A DNA stretch of 45,488 bases from Candidatus Geohabitans tengchongensis (GTDB taxonomy: Bacteria; Sysuimicrobiota; Sysuimicrobiia; Sysuimicrobiales; Humicultoraceae). The position numbers and the translations under genes are program-made. The DNA lies in assembly GCA_031459625.1 (NCBI GenBank), contig JAVKIH010000019.1, positions 1-45,488 on the forward strand, given 5' to 3'. Positions 25,988 to 34,346 of this stretch are shown here, piece by piece. Below the pieces are notes generated by a model. That model ran no database searches, was not told the DNA's origin, and saw nothing but the letters and a program-made list of their open reading frames with translations. Every line of letters starts with the position of its first letter. Position 1 is the first letter of the stretch.

Positions 25988-28024
25988 ATGCCCGGCATCC
26001 CTCAGGTCCAGGTCACCCTCCACCCCGGCCTCGAGCCCGTCCTGCGCGAGGTCGGCGAGGTCCCCCCGGGCCCCTTCGTCCCCGCGCGCTTCCAGGTGGA
26101 CGCGCTGGAGGCGGTGCGCCGGGGCGACGTGCTGGTCTCGGCGCCCACCGGCAGCGGCAAGACGTGGATCGCCGAGCGGGCCATCGCCGAGCTCCTGGAG
26201 CGCGAGGGCACCGCCTGGTACACCACCCCGCTCAAGGCGCTCTCCAACCAGAAGTTCCTGCGCTTCCAGGCCCTCTTCGGGGAGGACCGGGTGGGGCTGC
26301 TCACCGGCGAGCGGCGCATCCGCCCGCGCGCCCCCGTGGTGGTGGCCACCACCGAGATCCTGCGCAACGCGCTCTACGACGGCGCGCTGCACGTCGACCT
26401 GGCCGTCCTGGACGAGGCCCACTACCTGGGCGACCCCGAGCGCGGCATGGCCTGGGAGGAGATCGTCCTGCTGGCCCCCCCGCTCACCCACCTGCTGCTC
26501 CTGTCGGCCACGATGCCCAACGTGGACGTGCTGGCCGACTGGCTCGCCCGGGTGCGCGGGCGGCGGCCTGCCGTGGTGAGCGAGACGCAGCGGCCGGTCC
26601 CGCTGCGCCTGGTGCTGATGGACGCCCGCGGGCACCTGCTGCCGCAGGACCTGGCCGGGCGGGTGCGCGGCGGGGAGCGGCGTCCGGGGTGGCTGCTGAC
26701 CCTGATGCGCGAGCTGGACGCCGCCAGTCTGCTCCCGGCCATCCTCTTCTTCCCGTCTCGCCGGGAATGCGACGAGGCGGTGCGCGAGCTGACCGGCGTA
26801 CGCGGCCCCGGGGAGGAGGCGCGGCGCGAGGCCTTCACCCGGTGGGCGCAGCGCTTTCCCTACCTGGCGGGGCACCGCTTCCGCACGGCCTTGGTCCGCG
26901 GGGGCGTCGCGCCGCACCATGCCGGGCACCTCACCGCCTGGCGCCTGGTCGTGGAGGAGCTGCTCGACCGCGGCCTGGTGCGGGCGGTGGCCGCCACCAC
27001 GACGCTGGCCAGCGGGCTGGACGTGCCCGCGCGCACGGTGGTCTTGACGACGCTGGCGCGGCAGAGCCCGGAGGGGCGCGTCGACCTGAGCGCCACGGAG
27101 TTCCACCAGATGACCGGGCGCGCCGGGCGCCGGGGGCGGGACCGCGTGGGCGTGGTGGTCCTGCCGGCCTCGACGCGGGCGGAAGCGCTGATGGGCCTCG
27201 CCCTGGCCGGGGCCGAGGTCGAGCCGGTGCGCTCGGCCTTCCGCCCCGGCTACACCCAGGTCCTCAACCTCTTGCGCCGGCGCACGCTGGCGCAGGCGCT
27301 GGACGAGCTGGCGCGCTCCCTGGCCGCCTACGAGGCGGAACGGTTCGGGTGGAGCGGGGGTGAACTCTCCGGGCGGCAGCGGCGCCGCCTGCGGTTGCCG
27401 CGAGGTGCGGCTGCCCGCGCCTTCGAGCGCGCGCGCGACCCGCTCACCCAGACCTTCCTGCTGCGGGCGGCGCTGCTGCAGGCGCTGGGCTACCTCGACG
27501 AGGAGGCTCGCCTCACCGAGGACGGGCGGTGGGCCGCCGAGCTGCGCCATCCCCGGGTGCTGGTGCTGGCCGAGGTGGTCCGCCGCGACGGCGTGCCGGC
27601 ACAGCCGCCGCGCCTGGCCGGCATGGCCGCGGCGCTGGGCTCGGAGCGTCCACCCCGCGCAGGGGGGGAGCGGGTGCGCCTCGGCGGCCTGGCTTCACTC
27701 GTCCGCCGGCTGGCGCGCCTGGAGGCGGAGTTCGGGCTGGAGCCCAACCCTGTCGAGGAGGAGTTCCGGCAGGAGTGGGACCGCCGGCGCCGCCGTGCCC
27801 TGGCCTCGCCCGCTGAACGCCGGGCCGCCGCCGCGGAGGCCTGGGCCGGTGGGGCGGAGTGGGTGCCGCTGGTGCAGGCGCTCGACGTGGAGGAGGGGGA
27901 CCTGCAGCGCATCATCCTCCAGGCGGCGGAGGCCCTGTTGCAGCTCGAGGGCCTGCCCCACGAGCACGTCCGGCAGACGGCGCGCGCGGCCCGCCGGGCG
28001 CTCCTCCGTCCGCCGGTGATCTAG
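25988..28024 (+). CDS. Ski2-like DEAD/DEAH-box helicase (HelY-like)
   Basis: APTGSGKT, PLKALSNQK, TTEILRN, DEAH, LSAT, HHAG, QMTGRAGRRG, DSHCT-like C-terminus. Confidence 0.93.
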   Translation: MPGIPQVQVTLHPGLEPVLREVGEVPPGPFVPARFQVDALEAVRRGDVLVSAPTGSGKTWIAERAIAELLEREGTAWYTTPLKALSNQKFLRFQALFGEDRVGLLTGERRIRPRAPVVVATTEILRNALYDGALHVDLAVLDEAHYLGDPERGMAWEEIVLLAPPLTHLLLLSATMPNVDVLADWLARVRGRRPAVVSETQRPVPLRLVLMDARGHLLPQDLAGRVRGGERRPGWLLTLMRELDAASLLPAILFFPSRRECDEAVRELTGVRGPGEEARREAFTRWAQRFPYLAGHRFRTALVRGGVAPHHAGHLTAWRLVVEELLDRGLVRAVAATTTLASGLDVPARTVVLTTLARQSPEGRVDLSATEFHQMTGRAGRRGRDRVGVVVLPASTRAEALMGLALAGAEVEPVRSAFRPGYTQVLNLLRRRTLAQALDELARSLAAYEAERFGWSGGELSGRQRRRLRLPRGAAARAFERARDPLTQTFLLRAALLQALGYLDEEARLTEDGRWAAELRHPRVLVLAEVVRRDGVPAQPPRLAGMAAALGSERPPRAGGERVRLGGLASLVRRLARLEAEFGLEPNPVEEEFRQEWDRRRRRALASPAERRAAAAEAWAGGAEWVPLVQALDVEEGDLQRIILQAAEALLQLEGLPHEHVRQTARAARRALLRPPVI

Positions 28025-28135
28025 CACGGGTCACCCACCCACTCGTGGGAGCACGAAGCGGGTAGCGCGGGGAGCGAAGGAAGTCCCGCCACCGCCACCT
28101 TACAGCACTGACAATCCGCCGGGACGAGGGGCGAC

Positions 28136-28936
28136 ATGGCCTGCCGGGAGAGCTCGCTCGACTTCCTCCGCAGCCTGGGGTACACCGCCATCCACCTGCC
28201 CCGCGAGCGCATCGCGCCCCTCGACCTGGTGGGGCGGCTGCCCGGCGGGCGGGCCCGCCACCTGGGCTCGCTCACCGCCCTCATGGTGGGCGACGGCGAG
28301 GTCCCCCCGGTGACCCGCGACGAGGTGGTCGCCGAGATCAGCGGCCGGCACACGGACGCGCTCGACGTGGGGATCGGCCTGCGCCTGCTGGTGCGCTTCC
28401 TGAGCGCGCTGGCGCCGGTGACCCTGGCCCTCGACGCCGTCTTCGAGCGGGCCCGGCGGATCGAGTTCACCTACGAGGACGTCCGCTCGGACAGCGTGGA
28501 CCTCATCGCCCTGCGCCGGTGGCTGGGCCGCCGGCCTCCCCTCGACCACACCAACCCCGTCATCGACGACTACTTCATCGGCGAGGGCGAGGCGGTGGTG
28601 ATCACGCGCACCCTCAAGTCCAACCGCTTCGGCGTCACCGCCTACGACGAGGCGGAGCAGCGGCTGGCCATCGACCTCACCCGCCAGCGCCGGGCGCTGG
28701 CCGAGGCAGGGGTGGAGGTCACGCAGGACGCCCGGTGGAAGACCTCCTTCAGGGGCTCGGTGCGGCTGGTCTTCGCCTTCCAGGGGTTCCTGCTGCGCAT
28801 CGACTCACGCGGGCTGCACGTCTCCGACGACGTGCCGCCCGAGATGGGGCTGCTGGCGGTGGCCCCGGTCCTGGGCGAGGAGGTGCGCCCGCGCCCCGTG
28901 GTCTGGCCCGCGCACGGACTCCTCCGGCTCGACTGA
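28136..28936 (+). CDS. Bacterial gasdermin (pore-forming cell-death effector)
   Basis: 266 aa with Cys3. LRSLGYTAIHLPRERIAPLDLVG, LGSL..L, PPVTRD, ISG, NPVI..Y, VITRTLKSNRF, G..RLVFAF and terminal GLLRLD match, in order, characterised bacterial gasdermins as I recall them (Vitiosangium type). Confidence 0.88.
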   Translation: MACRESSLDFLRSLGYTAIHLPRERIAPLDLVGRLPGGRARHLGSLTALMVGDGEVPPVTRDEVVAEISGRHTDALDVGIGLRLLVRFLSALAPVTLALDAVFERARRIEFTYEDVRSDSVDLIALRRWLGRRPPLDHTNPVIDDYFIGEGEAVVITRTLKSNRFGVTAYDEAEQRLAIDLTRQRRALAEAGVEVTQDARWKTSFRGSVRLVFAFQGFLLRIDSRGLHVSDDVPPEMGLLAVAPVLGEEVRPRPVVWPAHGLLRLD

Positions 28937-29157
28937 CCCTGTTCTTCGTCGGCCTGCTCGTCGGGTTCGTCGTGGGCGTGCTCCTGACGCTCTTCCTGCG
29001 CCTGCCCCTCGCGGACTGGCCCACCTTCATCCGGGCGGCCGCGACCGGCTTCGGCCTGGGGCTCGGGCTCGTCGCCGTGGCCTGGGCGGTCAGCCTGGCC
29101 GTCCGCCTGCTCGACCGGCAGTCCCAGCGCCTGCGCGGCGGGGCCGGCGAGCCGTGA
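28933..29157 (+). CDS. Small two-transmembrane protein (~74 aa), probable CTG start
   Basis: (M)TLFFVGLLVGFVVGVLLTLFLRLPLADWPTFIRAAATGFGLGLGLVAVAWAVSLAVRLLDRQSQRLRGGAGEP; CTGA overlap with the gasdermin stop and GTGA overlap with the next gene; GC3-biased codons. Confidence 0.7.
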   Translation: MTLFFVGLLVGFVVGVLLTLFLRLPLADWPTFIRAAATGFGLGLGLVAVAWAVSLAVRLLDRQSQRLRGGAGEP

Positions 29158-30326
29158 CCGCCGTCGTCCTCGGCGCCCTGGCCTTCGGGGCGGGCGTCGG
29201 CTACGGGCTCGTCGTCGTCGCCCTCCTCGTGGTGCTCAAGCAGGCGGCGCTCGAGCCGGCCTGGGAGTGGCTGCTGGAGTGGGTCGAGCAGCGCTTCCTC
29301 CCGCCCCACCCGGCCGAAGCGCGCCGCTCCACCATGGCGGGGCGCGGGGAGATCGTGGTGGTCTCCGACCTGCACGTGGACACCTGGGACCGCGCGCCGG
29401 AAGGGCGGGCGGCGCGGGAGGCGGCGCTGCAGGCCTTCCTCGACGCCATCGAGCCGACGACGATGGACCTGGTCATCAACGGCGACCTGCTGGACGCGCC
29501 GCCCCGGCCCGACGACACCTGGCAGGGCGCGGGGGTGGAGCTGCGCGGCAGCCTCTTCCCCAAGTACGAGGAGGTCCTGGCCGACGTGGGGGAGGTGGCG
29601 AACCGCGCACCGGTCCCGGTCACCGTCACCCTGCTCTACGGGAACCACGACATGGCCGCCAGCGGTCTGCGCTACGACCTGGTGCGCCGGCCGCACCTGC
29701 TGCGGCGCCTGCGCCTGCCGGTGACCACGGCCTGGTACCCCAACGTGATCATCGGCGTCCCCGCCGACCCCACACGCTACGGCCAGGAGCCCTACCGCTT
29801 CTACATCGACCACGGCCACTTCTACGACCCGGTGCTGCTCCTCTACCTGCGCGACTTCCTGGCGGCCGCGCTGCGCCGGGACCTGCGGCGGGCCTTCACC
29901 GGATTGGTCCTGGTGGGGCAGCGCCGCGGCGCGGAGCAGCAGCCCATCCCCCGGCCGGGCCTGGCCCCGCCGCGCCCGCGTACCCTGGACCAGCGCGTGG
30001 CCGCCTGGCTCGTGCGCTACCGGTGGCGGTGGAAGGCCCGGCGCGTGGCGGGGCAGCGCAGCCGGGCGGAGGTGGCGGAGGGACGCCGGCCGCTCACCGG
30101 CATCCTCTTCGGGCACACCCACCTGCCCGACCGCTACACCTTCCGTTTGGGCGGCGTGCGCGGGATGATCTACGTGAACACCGGGGACTGGGCCGGCGAC
30201 ACGGGACACGGCACTTACACGGTCATCACCCAGGACGGGGTGGTGACGCAGCACGACTGGCTCGACCCCGCACGCCGCGCGCCGCACCACAGGGGCGCGC
30301 CGCACCACAGGGGCGGCGGAGCGTAG
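29154..30326 (+). CDS. Membrane-anchored calcineurin-like metallophosphoesterase (LpxH-like motif set)
   Basis: N-terminal TM helix; SDLH, NGDLLD, GNHD, HGHFYD, FGHTH, NTGDW. Confidence 0.88.
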   Translation: MTAVVLGALAFGAGVGYGLVVVALLVVLKQAALEPAWEWLLEWVEQRFLPPHPAEARRSTMAGRGEIVVVSDLHVDTWDRAPEGRAAREAALQAFLDAIEPTTMDLVINGDLLDAPPRPDDTWQGAGVELRGSLFPKYEEVLADVGEVANRAPVPVTVTLLYGNHDMAASGLRYDLVRRPHLLRRLRLPVTTAWYPNVIIGVPADPTRYGQEPYRFYIDHGHFYDPVLLLYLRDFLAAALRRDLRRAFTGLVLVGQRRGAEQQPIPRPGLAPPRPRTLDQRVAAWLVRYRWRWKARRVAGQRSRAEVAEGRRPLTGILFGHTHLPDRYTFRLGGVRGMIYVNTGDWAGDTGHGTYTVITQDGVVTQHDWLDPARRAPHHRGAPHHRGGGA

Positions 30327-30403
30327 GGGCCGGGTAGTGTGGAGCGCGGGAGCGTGCGGCCGGGAGTGCGCGGCATAGGCCGCGGGACGAGGGGGATGCG
30401 GGC

Positions 30404-30604
30404 ATGCGCGGGCGGGTGAGCCGGTTCGACCAGGGCAAGGGCTACGGGTTCATCGAGGGCGAGGACGGGCGCGAGTACCTGGTGCACTTCACGGCGGTGC
30501 GGTCCGACCTGGACGCGATGCGGCCGGACTGCCTGGTGGAGTTCGCGCCCGTGAAGACGCCCAAAGGGCTGCAGGCCGACGACGTGCGCCCGGTGGACGC
30601 GTAG
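30404..30604 (+). CDS. Cold-shock domain protein
   Basis: MRGRV..F...KGYGFI..YLVHFTAV..VEF...KGLQA.DV. Confidence 0.92.
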   Translation: MRGRVSRFDQGKGYGFIEGEDGREYLVHFTAVRSDLDAMRPDCLVEFAPVKTPKGLQADDVRPVDA

Positions 30605-30649
30605 GGGCACCCGCACGCCCGCTGAAGGTCCACCGCGAGGCGACCGCCC

Positions 30650-33529
30650 ATGACGCCGTTGCCCACCGGCACCGTCACCCTCCTCTTCGCCGACATCGAG
30701 GGATCGACGCGCCTGCTCCACCGGCTGGGCGACCGGTACCCTGCACTGCTCGAGACCTTCCGGGAAACCGTCGGCCGTGCCGTGGAGCGGCACGGCGGGA
30801 CCGTCGTGGATGCCCGGGGGGAGGAGCTCTTTGCCGCCTTCCCCGGCGCCCGCAGCGCCCTCGCCGCCGCCGCGGCCATCCAGGAAGCCACGGCCCGGCC
30901 GCTCCGGCCGGAGACCCCGCCGCTGCACGTCCGCATCGGGCTGCACACGGGCGAGCCTGTCGTGGCCGGGACGCACTACGTCGGCATCGACGTCCACAGA
31001 GCCGCGCGGATCTGCGCGGCCGGCCACGGAGGCCAGGTCCTCCTCTCCGCGGCTACCCGCCATCTCGTGGTGGACGACCTGCCGGCAGGCGTGACGCTGC
31101 GCGACCTGGGCCTCCACCGCCTGAAGGACCTCTCGGAGCCCGTGCACCTCTACCAAGCAGTGCTCGCCGGCCTGCGCGCCGACTTCCCGCCCCTGCGCTC
31201 GCTCGGCCCGGTCCCCCACAACCTACCGGTGCCGCCGACCAGCTTCGTCGGCCGTGAACGAGAGCTGGCCGAGGTCCGGGACCTCCTGGAGCGGGCCGGG
31301 CTGGTCACGCTCACCGGGTTCGGGGGGAGCGGCAAAACCCGTCTCGCCCTGCAGGTGGCGGCGGGCCTCCTCGACAGCTACCCGGACGGGGTGTGGCTGG
31401 TGGACCTCTCCACGGTGAGCGATCCCGACCTCATCCCCCACACGGTGGGCGCCGCGGTGGGCCGGCGGGAGGAGGGCGGGCCCACGACGCTTGCGGTCCT
31501 CCTGGACTACCTGGCGTCGAAGCGGCTGCTGCTCGTCCTCGACAACTGCGAGCACCTCGTGGGGGAGTGCGCGCGCGTCGTCGAGGCGATCCTGCGCCGC
31601 GCGCCGGGGATCAGGGTGCTGGCGACGAGCCGCGAGGTCCTGCGCGTCCCCGGCGAGGTCGTCTACGCGGTCCCGCCGCTCTCCCTGCCGGCTGGACCGG
31701 ACGGCGACCCGGCCACGGTGCTGGCCTCGGAGGCTGCCCGCCTCTTCCTCGAGCGGGCCGGCCTGGTCCGCCCGCCGCGCTCCCTGCACCCGCAGGAGGC
31801 CAGGGCCGTGGCGGCCATCGCCAGGCGGCTGGACGGGATCCCGCTGGCCATCGAGCTGGCCGCCGCCCGCGCCCGCGTGCTCGCGCTCGAGCAGATCGTG
31901 CAACGGCTCGACGACCGCTTCCGCCTGTTGAGCCGCCCGGCGCGCGGCGCCGTCCCCCGCCAGCAGACCCTCCGCGCGACGATGGACTGGAGCTACGACC
32001 TCCTGCTGCCCGAGGAGCAGGCGCTGCTGACGCGCCTGGCCGTCTTCGCCGGGACTTTCGACCTCGAGGCGATCGAGGCGGTGTGTGCCGATCCGCGGCC
32101 CGGCAGCGGGCAGGGGGCGGGCGTCCTGGACCTGCTCACCAGCCTGGTGGACAAGTCCCTGGTGATGGTGGAGCCGTCCACGGACGTGGCGCGCTACCGG
32201 CTGCTGGACACGGTGCGGGCGTACTGCCGGGAGCGGCTCACTGCCCCAGACCTCGCCGCCCTCCAGGACCGCCACCTCCGCTACTGCACGGGGGTGGCCG
32301 AGGTGGCGGAGCCGCACCTGCGCGGTCCCGAGCAGCAGCGGTGGCTCGCGCGCCTCGACCGGGAACACGACAACCTGCGCGCCGCCCTGGCCTGGTCCGT
32401 CGGGCGGCCCGAGGCCGTGGGGTGGGGGCTGCGCCTGGCCGCCGCGCTGTGGTGGTTCTGGTACCGGCGCGGGCACTACAGCGAGGGACGGCGCTGGCTG
32501 CGCGCCGTGCTGACGGCGGCCGCCGCCGAGCCTGCGGCCCTGCGCCTGAAGGCCCTGTACGCCGCCGCCTACCTGGCATGGCGTCAGGGCGACATGGGCG
32601 AGGCCGAGACGTACTCCCTGGCCAGCGTGGGGCTGGCCCAGGAGCACGGGGAGCCGCTGCCGCTGGCCTACGCGCTCCTGGTCCGCGGCATCGTCGTCCG
32701 CGCCCAGCGCCGCCCGGCGCTGGCCCGGGAACTGCACGAGCGCGGCCTGGCCCTCTTCCGTCAGGTGGGGCACCTCGAGGGCATCGCCTGGTCCCTGCGA
32801 ATGCTGGGGATCGTGGAGTGGCACGACGGCCGGATGGAGCAGGCGCGGGCGCGCTTCGAAGAGGCGTGTGCGCTGCTCGAGCAGATCGAGGACGGGTGGG
32901 CGGTGATGGTGTGCCTCAGCGACCTGGGCCGCGTGGCTGCCCACCGCGGCGACGACGAGGCGGCGGAGAGCCTGCTGCGACGGGCCCTCGACCGCTACAC
33001 CTCCCTCGAGGACGAGATGGGGATGGCCAGCGCCTGGGAGCTCCTCGGGGAGGTGGCCGCCCGGCAAGGGCGCTTCGACGAGGCGGACGCCCTCCTCGCC
33101 CGCAGCCTCCACCTGTACGAGAAGCTTGGCGACCGCTGGGACATCGCTGCGGTGCACGCGGCCATCGCCGAGGCCGCCGAGCGCCGGGGGGAGCACGCGC
33201 GGGCGCGGACGGAGTGGATCGACGCGCTGCGTCGCTGGCGCGACCTGGCCGACCGCCAGGGCGTGGCCCGCTGCCTGGAGGGGCTCGCGCGCCTCGCGCG
33301 CGTGTCGGGCCAGGAGGAGCGCGCCGCGGCCCTGGCGCACGCGGCGGATACGGTGCGCGGGAGCCCCCGCCTCCCGGCCACGGCCGACACGCCACTGTCA
33401 GGCATGCTCCCGGCCGCCCCCGAGGCCCTCCGGGCGGTCATCGACGAGATCGTCGCGGCCGTGCTGAGCGACCCCGTCCCCGGTCAGAACGACTTGCCCA
33501 CGGTCAGGAAGAAACCCGACCAGCGGTAG
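30650..33529 (+). CDS. Class III adenylate/guanylate cyclase - STAND (NB-ARC-like) ATPase - TPR protein
   Basis: LFADIEGST, RIGLHTGE, SFVGRE, GFGGSGKT, LLVLDNCEH, LDGIPLAIELAAAR, MDWSYDLL, TPR-like helices. Confidence 0.93.
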   Translation: MTPLPTGTVTLLFADIEGSTRLLHRLGDRYPALLETFRETVGRAVERHGGTVVDARGEELFAAFPGARSALAAAAAIQEATARPLRPETPPLHVRIGLHTGEPVVAGTHYVGIDVHRAARICAAGHGGQVLLSAATRHLVVDDLPAGVTLRDLGLHRLKDLSEPVHLYQAVLAGLRADFPPLRSLGPVPHNLPVPPTSFVGRERELAEVRDLLERAGLVTLTGFGGSGKTRLALQVAAGLLDSYPDGVWLVDLSTVSDPDLIPHTVGAAVGRREEGGPTTLAVLLDYLASKRLLLVLDNCEHLVGECARVVEAILRRAPGIRVLATSREVLRVPGEVVYAVPPLSLPAGPDGDPATVLASEAARLFLERAGLVRPPRSLHPQEARAVAAIARRLDGIPLAIELAAARARVLALEQIVQRLDDRFRLLSRPARGAVPRQQTLRATMDWSYDLLLPEEQALLTRLAVFAGTFDLEAIEAVCADPRPGSGQGAGVLDLLTSLVDKSLVMVEPSTDVARYRLLDTVRAYCRERLTAPDLAALQDRHLRYCTGVAEVAEPHLRGPEQQRWLARLDREHDNLRAALAWSVGRPEAVGWGLRLAAALWWFWYRRGHYSEGRRWLRAVLTAAAAEPAALRLKALYAAAYLAWRQGDMGEAETYSLASVGLAQEHGEPLPLAYALLVRGIVVRAQRRPALARELHERGLALFRQVGHLEGIAWSLRMLGIVEWHDGRMEQARARFEEACALLEQIEDGWAVMVCLSDLGRVAAHRGDDEAAESLLRRALDRYTSLEDEMGMASAWELLGEVAARQGRFDEADALLARSLHLYEKLGDRWDIAAVHAAIAEAAERRGEHARARTEWIDALRRWRDLADRQGVARCLEGLARLARVSGQEERAAALAHAADTVRGSPRLPATADTPLSGMLPAAPEALRAVIDEIVAAVLSDPVPGQNDLPTVRKKPDQR

Positions 33530-34170
33530 GTGCTGCCGCTGAAGCTCGACTCCCGGAACCCGAAGCTGAAGTCCCAGTCGTGGCCGCGCGTGATCGCGGC
33601 GGTCGTGGCGGCGACCGGAAGCGAGGCCACGAGCGCTGTCACCGGAGGCGAGGGCATCTTGTAGCGGACCGCCACACTCCAGTCCGTGCCGCTGCGCGGC
33701 CCCAGGTAGGCCGCGGCCCCGACCGTGAGCGACCAGCCGCCGGAGTCGGCGAACGGGACGATCGGCAGCATGGCGTCGAGCCCCACGCCCAGGTGGCTGG
33801 TGGAGACCGCCCCCGCCTGCACGGACCGGAAGCTGGCCAGAGCCCGCCAGGTCACGCGCTCCATGGCCACCCGGTACGCGCCGTCGACGCGCCACAGGGT
33901 GTCGGTGCCGAGGCCGTCGGAGCGGCTGCCCGTCAGGACCTCGAGGCCGAAGCCCCAGGGCGCATCCGGAGAGGTGAAGCCGTAGCTCAGACCCCACAGG
34001 AAGGTCGTCCAGGAGCCCCCGGCGCCCCCGTCGATGGACGCCGATGCGGGCCAGCCGACGATCCCGATGCGGTGGAAGTACTGGGGACGCTCCTGCGCCT
34101 GGGTGGGTATCGCCCCGGCGAGGACGAGGGCGGCGACGAGCAGGACGTGCGCGACGAGCCCCTTCCGCAT
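33484..34170 (-). CDS. Secreted protein, probable outer-membrane beta-barrel
   Basis: SD AAGGAGG, signal peptide ending TQA, alternating aromatic/Gly strands, terminal GFFLTVGKSF. Confidence 0.65.
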   Translation of the reverse strand: MRKGLVAHVLLVAALVLAGAIPTQAQERPQYFHRIGIVGWPASASIDGGAGGSWTTFLWGLSYGFTSPDAPWGFGLEVLTGSRSDGLGTDTLWRVDGAYRVAMERVTWRALASFRSVQAGAVSTSHLGVGLDAMLPIVPFADSGGWSLTVGAAAYLGPRSGTDWSVAVRYKMPSPPVTALVASLPVAATTAAITRGHDWDFSFGFRESSFSGSTYRWSGFFLTVGKSF

Positions 34171-34346
34171 CGCGGCCTCCTTGGTGTCCACCGCACGGCT
34201 GCGACGTCGTCGGCGGGCTGACCTGACGTTGTTCCGGGGCGGTCGGGAGAATCCTGCCTGGGCAGGATTTGGCGGGCCCAAATGCCAAGAGGCTCTGGCC
34301 GGGCTGCCCTGGACCGGGGTGCCGTTCGATCCGAGGAGGCGACACC

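Noticed and set aside
30277..30315. 18-bp tandem repeat (APHHRG x2), and a similar 18-bp-period repeat at 43954-43985
   Set aside because: Two copies only, in frame at protein ends, no spacers; not CRISPR. No CRISPR array or cas gene was seen in the window.
31223..34221. Alternative-frame ORFs of 705 and 942 aa over the STAND gene
   Set aside because: Low-complexity shadows of the real gene.
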